From the NCBI GenBank assembly GCA_951406725.2, contig OX597820.1:7688001-7752000 (forward strand): a DNA stretch of 64,000 nt. Direction: 5' to 3'. This document shows, piece by piece, positions 13,061 to 25,628 of this stretch. Below the pieces are notes generated by a model, which was not told where the DNA came from, did not search any database, and saw only the letters and a program-made list of their open reading frames with translations. Every line of letters begins with the position of its first letter. Within the stretch, counting starts at the first letter, position 1. A program made the translations under genes and the position numbers. The stretch is from Octopus vulgaris (taxonomy: Eukaryota).

Positions 13061-13075
13061 TTATTAACTCCTCAA

Positions 13076-13276
13076 GGCGGCGAGCTGGCAGAATCGTTAG
13101 CACACCGGGCGAAATGCGTAGCCGTAATTCGTCTGTCGCTACGTTCTGAGTTCAAATTCCGCCGAGGTTGACTTTGCCTTTCATCCTTTCGGGGTCGATC
13201 ACTGGGGTAGATGTAATCGACTTAATCCGTTTGTCTGTCCTTCTTCTGTGTTTAGCCCCTTGTGGGTAGTAAAGAA
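13076..13276 (+). mobile_element. SINE family B (small internal deletions)
   Basis: Sequence identity to the B consensus. Confidence 0.9.
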
Positions 13277-13329
13277 ATAGAAATAGTGGGTTCCACCCTG
13301 TAATATTAAGGTTTCTTTTCTTTTTGATA

Positions 13330-14210
13330 CGTTTAGTATTTTGGGTTGATGTGAATCTCCTCATTGAATCGGTTATTATTTGCACTTTGTTATTGTTATG
13401 ACGGGTTTGTTGAAGGTTTCTGTGTTCTCTTGATAGGTCAGGCATTCTAATTTTGTGTTTTTGGAACGGTACGAAAAGATACTTTCTTATTTACACATAC
13501 TTTCCATTATGGTTGGAACGGCATCTGTTCCCCATTGAATTAAATTAAAACTTAAGCCATTAAACTTAATGATTAAATCTTTACAAAATGTATAAAACTT
13601 TTGATCACTAGAATGGTGCGAGATTGCTAAGCCATCAGCTCAGTGTAAACCTATATCCAGTGTTTAGAATTTATTCTTTGAATTTCTAAGATATGTAGCC
13701 ATACTTCCTTTCTCACCCAGAGGGATTTTTTATCAAACATTGTCTTTCTGGCACGCATGATTATTTGTACATCATTATCGTTTATTGTGCAATATTTCTT
13801 AGCAAATATTATGGCGCCATCCAGTACATGTTAAGAGATGGAAAGATAAAACTAAATTATATTGAATTCATTAAATCTTCAATTACTTTTGTTACTAAAA
13901 ACATTGATCCAATAGACTATTCCGTTGCTATTAATCCAGTGTTGGTTGTAGATTTCCAGTTTTGGCATTTATATAATCTAGAGTGTGTCTATTAATTAAT
14001 CCAATTTGCATTGGGATTGATGCTTTCTTTGATATCTTTTAATGTAATGTATGTTTCACGCTTGACGAAACATTCCATACGCGTGACTAGTTTCCGTTCT
14101 GTTATTGAACCTTCAGCGTCCTTATCGATATCGCTTTGCATGCGAGGATTGGCCTTTGTATCGTTTTGAGAGATAGCGTTTTGTAGAAACTTGATGGATA
14201 TCGTTTCCAA
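13330..14210 (-). mobile_element. Penelope-like RT remnant
   Basis: YITLKDIKES..NPN resembles the PLE FITLKDHK..NP motif; IMRARKTMFDKKSLWVRK follows downstream; heavily decayed. Confidence 0.6.
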
Positions 14211-14349
14211 AAATCAAATTAATAACATAAGTGAAACATTCTCTGATGCATCATGAAATAAATGAATATTTGACAAAACTGTTATTACAATAATGCCAAA
14301 AATAATAATGGTTTTAGTGATAATATCCCCTCCAGTGCCAAGCCCCTAA

Positions 14350-14830
14350 ATTCTACTCAAATAACATTGTTTAATGCACGTTTCTCTGAATGTCAACAGC
14401 AATATAACAAAACACGTGTCAACTTTCATTGAAAAGCATTTCTCATTAACCGACAGGTGCTCTGAGTTATTCAATCATAACACAATCGAGGCTACCAAGA
14501 GTTTCAGGACCGAAAGTCAACAAATCTCATTTAAATGAGCTTCTAATTATAAGAAACATAATAGAAGCGGTGTCTCCTTAAACGTAGCTACCTTAGAAAA
14601 GCAGTAAGAAATATCAGTAAACTAAACAGTAAAAATACTAATAATGATATGACTGTAATAAACTACATCGGAATAGTCGAGGGGACTTTCAAAAATTGGT
14701 AGTAATTTCCTAAACGAAGAATTGCTTAATGTCATAGCCCTGTTATGCTGGATATCGAAATTAAAGGACATCTGATTTTATAGTCTAACGAGCTTTGGGA
14801 TGCCATATGCCAAGATAAGCACAACAATAG
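14350..14830 (+). mobile_element. Penelope-like linker/GIY-YIG remnant
   Basis: FNARFSLNVNSNI..FIEKHFSLTDRCSELFNHNTIE resembles FNPPFS.NV.TNIG..LID.HF....KIFN.NT; NYIGIVEGTFK resembles YIG.TEG.FK. Confidence 0.6.
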
Positions 14831-14899
14831 TTCCCATATTTCCTGCAATAGTCTTTATTTTAAATAAAATCGAAGATCTCAAAAGATTACTTAAATATG

Positions 14900-16627
14900 A
14901 GGTCGGAATCCTGCTGCCTCATATATGGTCCCCCGTCAGCATCCCTCTCTGGCTAGTGTTTGACCAGTCTCCAGCAGCTTCACATAACCCTCTGAATTGA
15001 GCCTAAGGCCTTGTTCAAAGATGTGGGGATCAATTCTAGCATGTGTAAGCAGGTAGAACGTCTGTCATGCCTCTTTCTGCAGGATGGAACATCACAACAG
15101 TCTTGTCCAGGCTAATGCTGAGTTCCAAATGCCTTGCAAGAAGCAGAAACACGATTCATAAGTATTTGCATGTCATCCACTGTATGAAGTCACAGTCATC
15201 TGCATAAAGGAGGTCACGAATAAGAGACTGGAAAACGTTTGAATTGGCAGCAAATCGGTGCAGATTAAAGAGGCAGCCAAAAGATCGATATATGACATAT
15301 ATTTCCAGAGAGCTAACCTTAGCCAAATCATGAGTAAAAGCAGCAGCAAAGTACAAAGAGCATTGGGGCAAGGATGTCACCTTATTTGATATCATTCTGT
15401 ACAAGAATGGGTCCCACCATGCCACCACCAGCATTGACCCAATCCTCCATCACATCATGAAATGATTTAACTTTAGATGCAAAGTGATCCGGACATCCAA
15501 CTTTGCCAAGTATTTTCCATAGAAAGGCTCTATTTACAGTATCAAAGACCTTCGCTAAATCAACGAATACCTGGACAAGATCCATATTCTGCTCATAGCA
15601 CTTCTCCTGCATCTGTCTTACTGGGAAAATCATATCCATTGTCCCTCTACCAGATCAGAAGCCACATTGAGATTCAGATAGGACATCGTTTACGAGACAC
15701 CTCTGTAGCTACCACACATTGTTCTGGCTCCTTTTCCTTTATAGAGAGGAAGAATAATTGCATCATTCCAGTCCTTAGGCATTGCACCATCCCTCCAGAC
15801 TGCACTAATAACTTTATGAAGGGACTGTGTGATGTAATCACCACCAAATCGCAAGACTTCAGTACAAATTCCATCCTTTCCAGGTGCCCTACCTGGAAGG
15901 ATTCAATTTACTTATTGATGTCGTTACTTCAACTATTAAGGATGTAGAATTTATGGAGCCAATGATAGGTCTTTCTTGCATAGTATCAATCACTGAAATT
16001 CCCCAGTAGAATGGCTTTATCAGAATTGGGGATTTTCCTAAATATGGCTCTCAACTGGGTATACAAAATATTTTTATCTTCATCCCAGCTAGTCAGAGTT
16101 GGTGCATAGGTACTTAATAAAGTAGCAAACCGCCCACCTTTCAGGTGCAATCGCAGAGTCATTAGACGTTTATTTATAGGAACAGGAAGTTACTCCAACT
16201 TCTTAAGGATATGAGATCGAACTGCAAAGCCAACACCAGACTCTCTGCGCTCCCCCTTCTGCTTCCCCTTCCAAAAAGGTGTATCCACCTCCTACTTCCT
16301 CAAACTCACCATCTCCTTCTATACGAGTCTCTGAAAGTGCAGCTATATCAACGGGCTGCCTCACTCCCTGTGGTCTTTCAGCAGGCCAGACACCATCTCG
16401 GAATTTCTTCGCACTCGTGCTATTGCTAGATAGCTGTTGAGCCTACACTAGGTACATCCGACCTTTCAACAGGTCTTGTTTCTAATCCTGCTGGGTTTCT
16501 AGCAACCCTCCTCACCGGGATATCCTAGTGGTTGTGCCAGTTTACTCGCCGGCAACCCGACCATGCAACAGGTTGTACTGGATTCCATATTACCAGTAGC
16601 ACTTATGAGAGCCTCATAAGTGACCTG
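14900..16627 (-). mobile_element. RTE-clade LINE, internally deleted and frameshifted (5'UTR, APE, RT)
   Basis: APE-like GVGFAVRS..RLMTLRLHL..TLLSTYAPT (about 16100-16300); RT DMIFPVRQMQEKCYEQN..FVDLAKVFDTVNR and LLYADDC. Confidence 0.85.
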
Positions 16628-16658
16628 ACATACATACATACATACATACATACATACA

Positions 16659-16688
<30 letters not shown>

Positions 16689-16689
<1 letters not shown>

Positions 16690-17920
16690 CAAAATATGAA
16701 AATTCCTGACAACTGGGACCTTCCACAGAAACAGTGGTGTTGACAGGCTCTACCTAAGAAGAAATGAACGTGGTAGAGGCCAGTAATCAGTGCAGATGGC
16801 CTTCGAATGCCATATGGTATCACTCAGGTAACACCTGCTAAACAACAGCAGCAAAGACAAATATATAAGTGTATTGCTGAAAAGTGAAGTGAGCAACATT
16901 ATACGAGTCGGTGGTGAACTCCTCAAGAAACACTCTCTTCCTGATGATCTCCTATACAGCCCCAAAACAGCTGGGCTTTTTTACCTCAGAGAAGACCTGG
17001 ATGGAAAGCAATCAGCATACAAAAAAAGATCATGCATGGAAATGTTGCCCGGAAGCTTGAAGAAGATAGTAGAATTGACACGAAATACAGCCTCTCTTGG
17101 GCACAAGACGACTACATCACATCACACTTTTGTAGGGTATGTGTTTGCGATCCAGGAACAGGAGATTGTCACAATGTACGTGGTGAAAAAAGAGATACAG
17201 CGATGCCCTTGTAACCCCAAGGTGCAGCCGCATGTTTAGGCTATGTCATGTTTCTGTGGAAGACATTAGGCATGTGATTAGCAGCTGTCCTAAAATGTCG
17301 TTACGGCACTACCTCCCTAAGCGGCACGATGTTGATGCTAAAACAATTTACAACGCCATCCGCAAAAAAAACTGCCATGAAATAAAACTTAGAAAATCCC
17401 TTTGTTCATAAACATCAATTCAAGGGATATTGGTGGAATATTCCCATCAAACCTTCTGTCAAATGTAAACATAACAGACCGGATATTGTAGTTTGAGACA
17501 GAGGGGTAAAGGTATGTACCATCATAGAGGTCAGCTGCCCTGCAGATATAAATATCTCTTTGAAAATCAAAGAAAAAGCGGATATCTATGGACAACTGCA
17601 TCGAAACCTCCAGCTCCTATATCCAGACTATGAGTTCATATTCATACCAATAATAATTGGAGCACTAGATTCTGTTAGTAAATACTTAAATGAGAATCTG
17701 GATAAACTGGGATTTTCAGAAAGAGAAACTGACCGACTGATTCGCACATTACAAGTGCAATCTGTGAGTGGAACAGTAAAAATATGCAAGACATTTCTTA
17801 AGTTCCAAATGTGAATTTGTCTGTGTTAACTATATCCCAAAGATGGAGCTTTGTATCTTTGTTGGAAACTGGCTCCCTCCTCGGTGGACAATTTATAATA
17901 ATTTTAAAAATTAGAAGAGA
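16689..17920 (+). mobile_element. 5'-truncated R4/Dong-like LINE (RLE domain) flanked by (CATA)n
   Basis: CHVSVEDIRHVISSC, RHDV, WWNIPIK..HNRPDIVV, IIEVSCP..EKADIY, IPIIIGAL; (CATA)n at 16628-16688 and 17921-17939. Confidence 0.85.
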
Positions 17921-17967
17921 CATACGTACATACATACATTTTATCATTTAAGTATATATGAGCTTGC

Positions 17968-18150
17968 CTAGATATACAAGTATATACATGAGAAGACATA
18001 CATAAAACAAAATATACAAATCCTCATGTATAGATACAAAAATACCCTGTTGTTGATGTTGAAATTGCAATGAAGGAGATTTGTATCTAGGTTAGAAACC
18101 GACTCTTTCTCTTTTGGCAAGAAATCTTGAAATAAAACTGGATAATGACA
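17968..18150 (+). mobile_element. 3'UTR fragment related to the (CATA)n-associated R4-like family
   Basis: ggagatttgtatctaggttagaaaccgactc resembles ggagctttgtatctttgttggaaactggctc at about 17845-17874; followed by CATA-like repeats. Confidence 0.55.
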
Positions 18151-18314
18151 TATATGTATATAATGCATGCATACATACATTATACATACATATATATATA
18201 TGGTTGCATATATGTATGTTGTGTAAACACGAGTATCAAAAGAAAATAAAACACAAGAGGCATAAGGTTTAACAAAAACATATTTGATGGACGCGTTCAA
18301 GGAAAGAGAATATG

Positions 18315-18350
18315 TCCCAATATTTCGGACATTAGTCGTTCGTCAAGAAG
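18315..18350 (-). ncRNA. Degenerate minimal hammerhead-like motif
   Basis: Minus: TTGACGA-a-cgac taat gtcc-GAAA-TA-TT-ggga; C3 and the stems are mutated. Confidence 0.35.
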
Positions 18351-19059
18351 AAAAAATACTATAAGCAGGAAGCGTCAGTCGGAGAAAGAAAGAGAAGGGA
18401 AAATGTATTTATATATGTGTGTGTTTGTGTGTTTATGCATATATATCTATATATCTATATGCACTGGTTCATACACAAACACACACACACACTTCGTTCC
18501 AGTCTTCTTAATCATTGTCTCACCCTTCACATTATCTTCTTTATATATTTCTTCCCTTTTTCTTTTTCTCTCTCTCTATCTCTCTCCCCTCATACCACCC
18601 CCCTTCCTGATCGTCTTCTACCAGGTCCCTCGATTTCCGACCAAATTTTCTCATTCAAAAATTCACAGAAAAAAGAAATAATTGTTTCTAATATTAACAC
18701 ATTTCATTTGACTGCGAGCGTTATGGATAATTCAAAGTGAAGCCACACAAACGATCCTTGTCTTTAGTCGGCGTCGTCATCGTCGTCGTCGTGTTTACCG
18801 TTGTTTTTGTTGTTGTTGTTATTATCGTCGTCGTCGCCGTCGTCATCGCAGTGGTAATGGATGCCGTTTGTAATTGAAGTTCTTCATCAGAAATATTTCT
18901 TCTCTGCCTCAAGTTGGTTTGTTCTCTATCGATTCCACATCGTTGTTATTTGGCCTCAAGTCAGCTCCAATCGACCAGGCATACTTAATCTTTGACCAAA
19001 GACAATCCAACCGTGCCTGTCCCGTAGCTTTCTCAACACTACTCTACCTAAGACTATAT

Positions 19060-19430
19060 GATATAAAAAAAAGGCATCCTGAAGTTGTAGAACAATTTCC
19101 TTTACCAGTTCCAGACCTCAATTTACCAATATTATCTGCCAGCTTTGGCCATTTCCAGTATTTTCGAGAATGAACGCTGTCGTATGACGACACAGCATTC
19201 TCCAGCGTCTATCCATTCATTCCCCCAAACGCAGACATTGCTCCTTTCTATTCCAAACATTCCTATGACTTGTCCATTATTGCTTCCCTCAGCATCAATT
19301 ATTTGTAGTTTAAACTTTGCTGTAAACTTCCTGTGTTTATTCACCGAAATACTGACGGACAGCGAATAAAATTATCTTTAAAATGTTTTAAAACAACAAT
19401 GAGAGGAAATTGGGTCTATCGATAATTACA
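19060..19430 (-). mobile_element. pogo/Tigger-like transposase N-terminal remnant
   Basis: RKFTAKFKLQIIDAEGSNNGQVIGMFGIERSNVCVW resembles the Brinker-type HTH of pogo transposases. Confidence 0.55.
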
Positions 19431-20116
19431 CTTGTGTGTGCGAGAGTGGACAGACACATAATTAGCTTAATGGTTACAAAGTACTGGGTAATTATTTTAA
19501 TTAGTGTTAGTTTACTTTTGTTGACGATAGATGGCGTGTGTGTGTGTGTGTCTCCGACCAGGCAGCAACAGTGTTTTGCATACGCTACAGCAAGAGTTAA
19601 TGTCTTCTGCTCGTTCTGTCGATACTGAGGATGAATAAAGAATAAATAATGACACTGTAGGGGATTCAATCGAATAACAACAATGAGAGTAAAGGTTCTG
19701 GTAAAGATATTTCTTTGGCACTGAAATTGGAGATGGTAAAAAAGATGCGAGAAGGATGACAGCGTTCAGTCTGCTTTCCTTTCTGACATCTTAAATAATA
19801 TGAACGATTGTCGACGACTTCTTTGGAAATGAATTCCCCAGGAAGGCTAGAGACAAAATAACGAAATAAAGATTTGATGTCATGCCTTTGCCACGTACTT
19901 TATTTATCGATCCTGAAAGTTGAGCAGACTGATTTGAACTGAGAGAGCAGGGATTTGAAACAAATATTACGCGGCAATCTATCTGATACTCTAACCACTC
20001 ATCAGTCACCCTTTCTCCACCACACACAGCATCACATGTATAAATATGTACACTCTCAGTTAGGAAGACATTAATAGGTACACTTTTAGTTTCCGTGGTA
20101 TAAATGCGAAAGGTGA

Positions 20117-20149
<33 letters not shown>

Positions 20150-20151
<2 letters not shown>

Positions 20152-20390
20152 AAATGGGACAAGAACGCAAAACATCAAGAAGACGATAAAAAAAACACGG
20201 ACGGGTCATTCGAAGCCTTTAATCTTCAGTCAAGAACCGGATCATCCTCGCAATTTCGGCTGATTAATCTTGAGATTGTTCCAATCTGGCCAGCCCCAAG
20301 GAAAAACTAAGCTAAGAGCATTAGATTCTTGGAAAAAAGCTTCGAATGTATACGAAACAAGGACGGAAAAACGGACGATGTTACACGAAT
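20150..20390 (-). mobile_element. Short repeat in (TA)n, probable PLE terminal repeat; second copy at 28966-29095 (+)
   Basis: Shared aatcagccgaaa..aggatgatccggttcttgactgaagatt..ggcttcgaatg; contains GAAA and CTGAAGA but no clean HHR fold. Confidence 0.55.
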
Positions 20391-20472
20391 ATAAATACAA
20401 AAATAATACGAAACAACAATAATAATAATAATAATAACAATGCATCACAACAGGCATCTTTCGACTGGAAAC

Positions 20473-20473
<1 letters not shown>

Positions 20474-20558
<85 letters not shown>

Positions 20559-21115
20559 TGATTGATAGATACCATCTATCGTCAACAATAACCATGTTTT
20601 TATACATACCGGATGGAGTTTTGTATATTCTGGTCTCATAGAGACTAATAAATGGTAGGAATGGATCGCGATGCATTTCATGATATAATTATCCACATTT
20701 AATTGGGATTTCTTCTTCTGTAGTTAGAATGTTTCTCCGTTTAGTAGATACCGCTTTTCACATGATTCTTATTCAAGAAAATTTAATATACCTCGCCGTC
20801 CACAATGCGCTTCCATTGTGCACTTGATTGTGCACTACTCTTCTATTTGATCCCGAATTTGGGTGATTATGTCATCTTTGCATTTATTTTAGCGGTCTTC
20901 TGTGTGGTCTCCACTAATCCTTTAGATAACAGGTGCTAAATTACTTATGTCCACCTGTTGTTTGTGAGCCTTAGGACACGTCCGGCAGAATGGATCTTTT
21001 GTTTTTTGGGTTTTTTTCGGTATTCCATGATCCCATCGTTACCCCCAGTTCCTTCTCGAATTCGATTTGGATATGCTCCTGCCATGATATTCCAATTCAT
21101 AACTCACTGTGTTTT
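20474..21115 (-). mobile_element. RTE-like LINE 3' end with (TCTA)n tail
   Basis: Cross-frame GISWQEHI, AGRVLRLTNNRWT, WRPHRRP and AQWKR are typical of RTE ORF C-termini; (AGAT)n at 20474-20570. Confidence 0.6.
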
Positions 21116-21147
21116 AGCTGGTTTCTAATTTTTTTTATATAACGTTT

Positions 21148-21180
<33 letters not shown>

Positions 21181-22076
21181 GTATTTATATAATGTGCTGT
21201 GTACGTACGGCAGATAACCTGTAGTTTACCACCTGAAACTCTTAAAATCACATGAGGTGAAATACATATATCTCCATGTATAATGTGCCGTACACGATGA
21301 AATAGGCTGGAAAGCATTAACAGAGCGAAATACATTTGAAAGAATAAAAAAAAAACAATATCAGTGATTATCAAATCCATTTCCAAAAGTATTTTCGTAC
21401 GTAACTGTATTGTTGTGTATATTTATCTAAAAGAAATTGGGGGGTTTTAATGCTAAGATGATGCAACACACATACACACACACATACACACATACATACA
21501 AACAAAATGCATAAGTGTTTGTATATGGGGGGTAATTGGAGAAGTGCGTATATTTGTATAGGTGTATGTATACCTTTACTTGTGTGTTTGTATGTTTGAG
21601 GTGGAGAGAGGGTAAGTCGTACCGAAGGAAATCATTTTCTCAGGAACTTTATTGAAATTGCACCGAATGACAGGTGACGTAGTGTTGTCTTCTCACCGGA
21701 AGCTATAACAAGTGAATACTTTCACTGGAATACGTCATGAGGAGCAGGAATAATGACTAATTAATTATTTCACTTCATTAACGAACTCCAGCATTTTAGA
21801 GGCATTTTCACTTCTATGGGTTCCCGTTGTTGTTAGCTTATAATTGTTGTTGTTCTGATTATTGTTGCTGTTATGGTTGTTATAGTTGTTGTTATTGCTA
21901 TAGACATTGCTGGTGCAGTGGTTTCAATAAGTAGTACTGTTGTTATTGTTGTCATGTTGTTGTGACTGTTGATATTATTTTCATTTATATTATCGTTATT
22001 GCCTTTTCTTTGCTGTGGCCACTATTAGTTATGTTTTTGTTATTGTTGTTGCTGCTTGTTTGTTTGTTTGTTTGTT

Positions 22077-22444
22077 GAGCGAAGCGGTCTTCGTCCCAGA
22101 GCTCGCATGATCACGCCTCTGTAGTGGGAGAAGTTCGAAACGTGGTCCTTTGCTATTCGTAAGACCCGCAGAAGAGAAAGCAGGTCAACCCCCGACACCG
22201 AGAGCATCGACGGATGGATGAATGCGCATCCAGGCTCAGCGGTTGCGTAGGAAGTTGAGGACAAGAAACAGGAAGAAAGAGTGAGAGAAAGTTGGAGCGA
22301 AAGAGTACAATAGGGGTTGCCACCACCCCCTGCCGGAGCCTCATGGAGCTTTAGGTGTTTTCGCTCAATAAACACATACAACGCCCGGTCTGGGAATCGA
22401 AACCGCGATCTTCCGAGCGCTAACCACTGGGCCATTGTGCCTCC
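22077..22444 (-). mobile_element. SINE family C (tRNA-derived, (AAC)-type tail)
   Basis: Minus head ggaggcacaatggcccagtggttag..ggtttcgattccc (A and B boxes); second copy at 61421-61775. Confidence 0.9.
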
Positions 22445-23235
22445 TGTTGTTGCTACTGTTGTTATTGGTGGTGGTGGTGGTGGTGACGTTGGCTGGTGCG
22501 ATGTCTGTGTTGTAGTTTGTGATAAATGCTCAGCGTCATTTCGTCCGGCTTTACGTTCTGAGTCCAAATTTCGCCAAGGTCGGCTTTGCCTGTCACCCTT
22601 TTGGGGTCGATAAAATAAGTACCAGCTGATAACTGGGGTAGATATAATCGACGTACTCCCCACCTACCCACCCACAAACAACTGGCCTTGTGCAAAAAAT
22701 TGAAGCTAATATCAACGACCCTGTTAGGGTAGTTGCTTAACCATAGAGAGAGTGTTGAGAGCACATGTGTGATGCGGAGATCTGAGATACGTCGCGGGGG
22801 GAGTTTATTGGGGAAGTCGGGTGGATTTTTTCTGGATACGGCAAACGACACTTCAGGGTATGGAAGGGTGCCGCAGCAGCAGCAGCAACAGCACCATTCC
22901 AGATGTATAGAACAATACTCACCTACCGTCAACGCTTTGCAGAATATAAAATGCAGGAGATGAAGCATCTTCTGTCCTTTCAGTGAAAGACCAGTCGTTG
23001 TGGTTTAATCCTAGCCATGTTAAGGATGTGTTTCTACCCGGTGAGATGACTGATACCCAACACTAAAAGCGATTGCGTTCGCTCTGATTGTGTGTTGCTC
23101 ATGATTACAGGGATGCGGTGCGATTGATAGTTTCTTAATATGACTTATAAGGAGATATTTTAAGAGAATTCAAATAAGAACTTAAATTCTGTTGGTCAAC
23201 GTAGATATTGTACGCTGGCTAGGAACATAAAAATA

Positions 23236-23275
<40 letters not shown>

Positions 23276-23324
23276 TATATATAGAGGAAATTTATCTATA
23301 TATATATATATATATATATTTCGG

Positions 23325-23419
<95 letters not shown>

Positions 23420-23474
23420 ATATATATCAGTAATTTCCCTTCAATAATAGTTTTAATACCGAGTAATGTAACAT

Positions 23475-23561
<87 letters not shown>

Positions 23562-23764
23562 AATCTGAACGCGGTATAGACTGTAACTGCATGACAATGT
23601 GAAGTATATTTGCCATCTAAATATGGCTGACCACTAAGGGTGGATGCTACTGTAGCTTGTAGCCCCAGGAGAACATCTTCTCCAGCTGGCTATTGACACA
23701 CTTTCTGTGCCCTATCTGTATTTGCAAAGGGAAGCCATCCTTCCCATCGTCAACGTACGTGATA

Positions 23765-23809
23765 CGCACGGACTCGAGTTTCTGGGTATTGACCCGTCAT
23801 CAGCGCACG
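23765..23809 (-). ncRNA. Type I hammerhead ribozyme motif
   Basis: Minus: cgtgcg-CTGATGA-c ggg tcaata ccc a-GAAA-CTCGAG-TC-cgtgcg; palindromic stem III ACTCGAGT, GUC cleavage triplet. Confidence 0.7.
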
Positions 23810-23900
23810 ACAATCACTGGTTTTCGGTGAAAGGGGTCCCAATGCAAATATATATATCCTTTTTCCAGTGACTTTTCGTCAATGGAAAACCGGTGGTTGT

Positions 23901-23945
23901 CGTGCGCTGATGACGGATCAATACCCAGAAACTCGAGTCCGTGCG
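23901..23945 (+). ncRNA. Type I hammerhead ribozyme motif (mirror copy)
   Basis: cgtgcg-CTGATGA-cggatcaataccca-GAAA-CTCGAG-TC-cgtgcg; one stem II mismatch relative to the left copy. Confidence 0.65.
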
Positions 23946-25196
23946 TATCACGTAGGTTGACGATGGGAAGAGTGGATTCCCTTTGCAAATACCGATAAGG
24001 CACAGAAAGTGTGTCAATAGCCAGCTAGAGGAAGTGTCCTCCTGGGGCTACAAGCTACAGTAACATCGACCCTTAGTGGTTAGCCATATTTAGATGGCAA
24101 ATATACTTCATAATGAATATATAAATTTCCTTTTTTTGGAGAAAGTGATGGAAATAACTGTTATTCGCTGAACATGAACGAGTAAGGGAAAAAGAAGATA
24201 AGAAGAGCAAAGACAGAGAAGGGAACGGGAGACAGAAGGTAGAACTAATTGGGAACATCAGGGAAAGAAAGAAAAAAAAGAAAAAGGAACGAGAAATGGC
24301 AATGCGAATGTAATCATTGCGTTTCAAAAAAGTGACATTTAGGTTTCAAATACAGACACCATGCGAGCTAGTTATTGTTCGTGACTATTTAAGACTATTG
24401 TAGGAGATGAAGATGTAAATAAACACAACTAAATCAGTAGGAGGGTAAATATTGAGAAATCGAGAGATTTATAGTTCTTACTGTTTGATTTTTAGAGAAA
24501 TGTATATGGGAATAAGAGAGATAAATGGAGAAGGAGAGAAACTGAAGCTAAAGAGATCAGAGAGAGGCGACATGAATGAAGATGAAAGTGAGAGGAAAAG
24601 AACATGAAAAAGAGATAATGGAAAAAAATGTCTTGGTAAAATGTAAGATAATGAAGAAGAACAGGTGTTTGTAATATGAGGAAATCTATCATTATTTATC
24701 CAAAGAATGAAAATAATATACATTGCTTTCTATGTTTCACTTTACAGTAAATAGAAAGTAAAGATGTGATGGGTAATTTGTAATTTTAATGACTAAAGAT
24801 TTATAAACAAGGGAGATAAGCTGTCAAAATATTCTTGTTAACAAGCTAAGTATGCGATATGAAGTTGACTCTTTAACCTACAAAATTAAATAAAGAGAAT
24901 CATGGAAAACACATGAGAATAATAAATCCGCATTCATCTCTCATGACTCATGATTTTACATATATCTGTGTCTGAGCATGTGTCTGTGCGTATGTGTGTG
25001 CGCGCGCGTGTATATATATATATATATATATGTATATTCTCCAAGAATTCACAACGACCTCGAACCCACAAGAGTAATCAAGAGAGACAGAGTCAGGCAG
25101 AAACAAGGAAAATGCCACTTGTATTGGAACATTATACAAATATTCTTTATAACAAACTTTTCTTTTAATTTTTCTAAATTTAATTATTTAATTGTT

Positions 25197-25239
25197 ACAT
25201 TTGAAAAAGTCTCAGTGACTGAAACCGGTACTGAAATGT
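25197..25239 (+). ncRNA. Degenerate hammerhead-like motif
   Basis: TTGAAAA-AGTC tcagt GACT-GAAA-CCGG-TA; stems II and III intact, CUGANGA core mutated. Confidence 0.35.
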
Positions 25240-25294
25240 TTTCTATAAAATTATTTTAGCATTTTCTATCTTGACTTTTTTCCATATGAGTATA

Positions 25295-25351
<57 letters not shown>

Positions 25352-25356
<5 letters not shown>

Positions 25357-25628
25357 GCAACAAGAATGGATCAATATATCGGTACAATTGTTTCGTACGA
25401 GGACATCTTTAATAAAGCTACAAAATTTTTTGTAGCTTTATTAAAGATGTCCTCGTACGAAACAATTGTACCGATATATTGATCCATTCTTGTTGCTTTT
25501 TTCCTATTTGTAATCACCCCACTTTGTCGTATGGTTAACACCATATAGATTTCCGGTGCATCCTAGTTAAGGACCATATTCATGTAAATTCATTAGAACT
25601 CACTTGAATCTCAATTACTTAAACCGTA
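25352..25628. mobile_element. Foldback element in (TA)n with a perfect 74-bp palindrome and HHR 3' half (GAAACAATTGTA)
   Basis: 25352-25425 is the exact reverse complement of 25428-25501; the extension is homologous to 50700-50907. Confidence 0.85.

Larger units (their letters stand above)
23600..24110. mobile_element. Foldback element with about 226-bp inverted arms and a 59-bp spacer
   Basis: 23600-23825 is the reverse complement of 23885-24110 with scattered mismatches. Confidence 0.9.
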
